From the NCBI GenBank assembly GCA_050331115.1, contig JBHJHD010000010.1, forward strand, positions 27,368 through 91,367: a DNA stretch of 64,000 nt. Reading direction: 5' to 3'. A program made the translations under genes and the position numbers. The first letter of the stretch is position 1; each line of letters opens with the position of its first letter. Of this stretch, positions 60,340 to 64,000 are shown piece after piece. Under the pieces are notes generated by a model. That model searched no databases. It was not told the DNA's origin and worked only from the letters and a program-made list of their open reading frames with translations. The stretch is from Elainellaceae cyanobacterium. GTDB lineage: Bacteria; Cyanobacteriota; Cyanobacteriia; CAKZMO01.

Positions 60340-61536
60340 TTAGAAAACTGATAGGGATTTGCGGCCTTTAGTCCACTCTATAGCAGTAGAATAGATACTC
60401 ATCAACATTTCGTAATTGCGTTCAGGCGCATAGCATTCATCGTACTGCTTTCGCGCCAATGTTCCACGCCGTTTGAGTTCGTCTGAATCTGACCAAATAT
60501 CTTGTACGACACGCGCTAAATCATGATGGTTTCCTGGTTCAAAATGCCATCCAGAGATTCCATCTTTAACAATCTCTCCGGCCGCACCGCAATTTGCAGC
60601 AACTACAGGACTTGCTGTAGCAAAAGCTTCTACTATTGCCATAGGAAACCCTTCGTACCACTCTGAGGGGAAAACAAAAACTTTAGCATTTTGCATCAGT
60701 CTTAGCACTTCCTCCCTAGGAAGGCGACCCAAGTACTCCACATTTTGGGGTAGATTACTTTTCATCACAATCTCTAGCGGACCTTGTCCGATAACTTTTA
60801 GTGGTATATCGTCTCTCAAAAGCTCCCATGCTCTAAGAATAGTTTCAATGCCCTTATACTTCACCATTTTTCCTACAAATAGTGCATAATTATCAGAATG
60901 ACTTCCTTTCTGGACATTAGATGACACAAAGTTTGGTTTGATAGCAATTTTTTCAGCCGGCAGTCCTCCATCGATCAACTTTTGCCGAGCAAATCGTGTT
61001 AAAGCAATATATATATCAATATCGTTTGAATAGGTTTTTTTAATTCGATTGGCGACTAAACCCGCCGTAACAACTGCTGTTTGAGCCCGATTACCACGAT
61101 AACAGCCATGAACGACAGCTGGCGTTGGAAAAAACTTTCCTACACACTCTTCACAAATTTTACCATCTCTATATAAATACGCCCCTGGACAGATAAGCTT
61201 GTAGTTGTGAACTGTATGAACTACTGGAACATTAAGCGATTTACAAGCTGCATAAACTGAAGGAGATATCTGAGGAATCGTGTTGTGTACGTGAGTAATA
61301 TCAGGCTCGAAATCTCTAACGATTTCTTTGATCTGACGAATCGACTTAGTAGACCAAACTGAATCAACGGCGATACTAAACTTGCTAGATATATTACTGT
61401 TGGGAATTTCAGTATTGTGAAGAATCCACTGCTTAACCTCGTGGCCATATTGTAGTAGTAAATTCTTCTCCGATTCTACAACTACTTCTTCGCCACCAAC
61501 ATGTTGATATGCATTATGAATTTGAAGAACTTTCAT
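60340..61536 (-). CDS. Glycosyltransferase family 4 (GT-B, retaining)
   Basis: MKVLQIHNAY...; C-terminal E-x7-E region (FVFPSEWYEGFPMAIVEAFA). Confidence 0.8.
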   Translation of the reverse strand: MKVLQIHNAYQHVGGEEVVVESEKNLLLQYGHEVKQWILHNTEIPNSNISSKFSIAVDSVWSTKSIRQIKEIVRDFEPDITHVHNTIPQISPSVYAACKSLNVPVVHTVHNYKLICPGAYLYRDGKICEECVGKFFPTPAVVHGCYRGNRAQTAVVTAGLVANRIKKTYSNDIDIYIALTRFARQKLIDGGLPAEKIAIKPNFVSSNVQKGSHSDNYALFVGKMVKYKGIETILRAWELLRDDIPLKVIGQGPLEIVMKSNLPQNVEYLGRLPREEVLRLMQNAKVFVFPSEWYEGFPMAIVEAFATASPVVAANCGAAGEIVKDGISGWHFEPGNHHDLARVVQDIWSDSDELKRRGTLARKQYDECYAPERNYEMLMSIYSTAIEWTKGRKSLSVF

Positions 61537-61612
61537 CGCTACAAGATGCCATAGTAAAGTACGATATATTAGTATTATAGGGTCTTTGATTTAGGTAAAT
61601 TTCAAAAAGCGC

Positions 61613-62401
61613 CTATAGATAACATCCCGTAGTAAGTTTCCAGGTTAAGCGCATACTTTTCGCAGTTGCTTTCTTCATGCGATACGACCAAACTGTTTCT
61701 GGCCCATAATATCTCTCGCGCAATATATTTTCTTCTAAAAAGGCTCTTTCCTTAAGTCGTTGAGTTTTCTGTTGTGGATATAATCTCATTTTTGACCATT
61801 GACGACGAACATGTGCAATATCGGTCACAGCTGAACAACGGATCCAGAAGTCGGCATCCATAGCAACATCAAATTGACCGTCTAAGCCGCCAACTTCCTC
61901 GTATAAATCCCTCCTCCAAAACGTTGAAGGTTGAGGAATAAAGTTGTGTTCATATAGAAATATAAAGCGATTGAAAGGAAGTTCTTTACGCTTTCTGAGT
62001 ATTTCCCCACTTGAGTCTATCCACGTTGTGTCTCCATAAACAATCCGATTATGAGGGTTGTTTATGAAGAAATTAGAAACCTCCTTAAAAGTCCATGGTT
62101 CTAAAAGATCATCAGAACACAACCACCCTAAGATGCTACCTGTTGCCCGCTCAAATCCTTTTTCCAACGCAGAAGTTTGTCCATCGTCAGGCTCGCTAGT
62201 CCAATACGCTAAATGTTTAGAATACTTTTGAATAATTTCAACACTACCATCATTAGAACCACCATCAATAATGATGTACTCTATATTTGGGTAATTTTGA
62301 TTGAGAACACTCATTATAGTTTCTTCAATGTATGCAGCCTGATTGAAGGAAGGTGTAACAATTGATATTTTAGGAAAGTTTTCAGATTTCATAGATAGCA
62401 C
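61613..62401 (-). CDS. Glycosyltransferase family 2 (GT-A)
   Basis: ISIVTPSFNQAAYIEETIMSVLNQ...IIIDGGSNDGS, DxD-type motifs. Confidence 0.8.
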   Translation of the reverse strand: MLSMKSENFPKISIVTPSFNQAAYIEETIMSVLNQNYPNIEYIIIDGGSNDGSVEIIQKYSKHLAYWTSEPDDGQTSALEKGFERATGSILGWLCSDDLLEPWTFKEVSNFFINNPHNRIVYGDTTWIDSSGEILRKRKELPFNRFIFLYEHNFIPQPSTFWRRDLYEEVGGLDGQFDVAMDADFWIRCSAVTDIAHVRRQWSKMRLYPQQKTQRLKERAFLEENILRERYYGPETVWSYRMKKATAKSMRLTWKLTTGCYL

Positions 62402-62460
62402 TTACTGCTAATAACAACCAATATATAAGTTAAGCTTATTTAGTGAATCGAGCCGGTAAT

Positions 62461-63711
62461 TCAACCTGCCTCAATAAGTTCTTCAAAAAGTGAAATGTAT
62501 CGAGATGCTTGAATTTCTTGGGTGAATTCTCTATTAACCTTCAGATAAGAGTTTTCGCAGAGCTTAGCATGGCGCTCTTTATCCGCGAGAACCCATTGAA
62601 TGCCTTTCGCTAGATCGTCAACGTCGAATGGTACAGCTAAATAACCATTCTTTAGATGATCGACCATATCAGGAATACCGCCAATATTAAAACCCACACA
62701 AGGAGTCCCGCAGGCCAAGGATTCCATAACAGTATTGGGTAAGTTGTCTTGAGTTGAAGGAGCAACAAACACATCAGCGGCTGAATATGCTAAAGAAATA
62801 GATATATCGTCTTTCAGTACGCCTAGGTAGTGTGTTTTTATTTCTTGCTCTGACGAACTATCAGGCTCAGAAGTTCCTAAAACTACTAGCTCAAAATTTC
62901 CAAAAGCATCTCTTTCCTTAATTTTTTCCAGTGCAGATTTAAGTAAGTAAAAACCTTTTCGAGGCGAACTTGTAGGATTCACTGCGCCAAAAAGTATTAA
63001 TCTTTTATCTGTAGGTAATCCAATAAGACTTTTCGCCACGTTCTTCTCAACTGGTTTGTATAGAGTAGTATCTATACCATTAGGAATAGTCTCGACTCGG
63101 TAGTCTTTGAACAGCGAACTTTCTTTTACGCAGCTTGCCATCCAAGAGCTCAGTGTAACTATAGTTAGCGGGGTTCCTTGCCAAGATTTATACTTACGTT
63201 TCCAAATCCATCGAGATAGATCCAGCTCAGCGTTACTGTCTAGCTGAGGACACTTGCCGCAAGAGTTAACATAGCGACCACAGTCTTGATCGTAGTGACA
63301 ACCGCCTGTAAAGGCCCACATATCGTGAAGAGTCCAAACAATTGGCCTCTTAATTTTAGAAAGGGTTTCAATACGTACAAAACTGTCGTTAATCCAATGA
63401 AGGTTAACCACATCTGGCCCATAATCTTCAATTTTTGAGGTGACGAAGTCTGGTGACCACTGGCTAGAAAACTCCGGCTTTCTTTTCCGATCATAAAGCA
63501 ATGTGGGTAGAGAGTCTAAAGCATGTCCAAAATTGGCTAATAGTTTCTCCGCGCGATTTTGAGGCGGAATAACTCTTTTATCATTACCGACCTTATTCTG
63601 TACTAAAACTTGAGACCCAATGCCGTTGTCTACCAATCCGTTATGGAGGCGAAAAGCAGCGCGAGCGGCTCCACCTGTTACATCTTGTGTGTTTAATATG
63701 AGTACTTTCAT
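62461..63711 (-). CDS. Glycosyltransferase family 4 (GT-B)
   Basis: MKVLILNTQDVTGGAARAAF...; C-terminal GT4 motif (VFVAPSTQDNLPNTVMESLACGTPCV). Confidence 0.8.
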   Translation of the reverse strand: MKVLILNTQDVTGGAARAAFRLHNGLVDNGIGSQVLVQNKVGNDKRVIPPQNRAEKLLANFGHALDSLPTLLYDRKRKPEFSSQWSPDFVTSKIEDYGPDVVNLHWINDSFVRIETLSKIKRPIVWTLHDMWAFTGGCHYDQDCGRYVNSCGKCPQLDSNAELDLSRWIWKRKYKSWQGTPLTIVTLSSWMASCVKESSLFKDYRVETIPNGIDTTLYKPVEKNVAKSLIGLPTDKRLILFGAVNPTSSPRKGFYLLKSALEKIKERDAFGNFELVVLGTSEPDSSSEQEIKTHYLGVLKDDISISLAYSAADVFVAPSTQDNLPNTVMESLACGTPCVGFNIGGIPDMVDHLKNGYLAVPFDVDDLAKGIQWVLADKERHAKLCENSYLKVNREFTQEIQASRYISLFEELIEAG

Positions 63712-63723
63712 ACGTATCAGACT

Positions 63724-64000
63724 TTACATAGGAGACAACAAGTGGTTATAAATATTCTCGCACCGCTCAAATAAAGCTTGATATCTTGAATGCTCTAGGT
63801 CGAGTAAAAGCTTGCTTTTTAAATGTTTTTTAGAAGCCGTAGGGCGTGATGTTCTTGTCTCGCTGTGCTCTTCAAAAGAATCTATCTTTTCAAAGATGGT
63901 TTTTAGCTCTTCTCCGCGCGGTGTGGTTGGAATAAAACTAGTATTAAATTTTAAGTTTAGCCGCTCGATAACCGTTGAATAGTTATTAATGACTGTCTCG
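63724..64000 (-). CDS. Partial CDS (C-terminal 92 codons), hypothetical, truncated at the window edge
   Basis: Open minus-strand frame ending at the TAA at 63724-63726; low-GC island context. Confidence 0.3.
   Translation of the reverse strand, partial: ETVINNYSTVIERLNLKFNTSFIPTTPRGEELKTIFEKIDSFEEHSETRTSRPTASKKHLKSKLLLDLEHSRYQALFERCENIYNHLLSPM

Noticed and set aside
1-64000. CRISPR arrays, rRNA and tRNA genes
   Set aside because: No regularly spaced direct repeats and no tRNA-like T-loop/acceptor signatures were found in the intergenic regions by eye. A tRNAscan/Infernal run would be needed to exclude small RNAs definitively.

Overview
This 64-kb window is GC-rich (about 60% or more) and full of the HIP1 octamer GCGATCGC. 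The gene content (Tab2, XisH/XisI, HetC-like exporter, duplicated-ACT aspartate kinase, long RibBA) points to a cyanobacterial chromosome, probably a Leptolyngbya-like filamentous strain. I found no rRNA, tRNA or CRISPR array by eye. Most genes are housekeeping: ribBA, argC, mtnP, ilvB, murE, nth, rseP, lysC, cbiA, lipB, a P450, a GST and a fructosamine kinase. Several accessory modules sit among them. (1) Two tandem SulP-STAS anion transporters, the second fused to a C-terminal cNMP-binding domain. (2) A low-GC islet at about 5.75-7.53 kb carrying xisH/xisI and a decayed NTPase-like pseudogene. (3) A type-I-secretion-like module at about 26.5-32.4 kb: a parvulin-like protein, a 1011-aa cNMP plus C39-like plus ABC exporter, and HlyD. 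Two RTX-type proteins in the window are candidate cargo. (4) A stress cluster at about 32.8-37.2 kb: tandem PRC-barrel/DUF2382 paralogs, a glycine-zipper general stress protein and acidic lipoprotein paralogs. (5) ExbB/ExbD without TonB. (6) A low-GC (about 40%) polysaccharide-biosynthesis island from 56.2 kb to the window edge: an ArnT/PMT-like glycosyltransferase, a polyprenyl-phosphate sugar transferase, and GT26, GT4, GT2 and GT4 enzymes. I also found an unclassified structured repeat of about 100-120 bp at two intergenic loci (12.39 kb and 32.60 kb), plus three perfect palindromes in promoter regions that may be operators. All calls are by-eye homology and motif recognition from the translated ORFs. 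Start codons are approximate.
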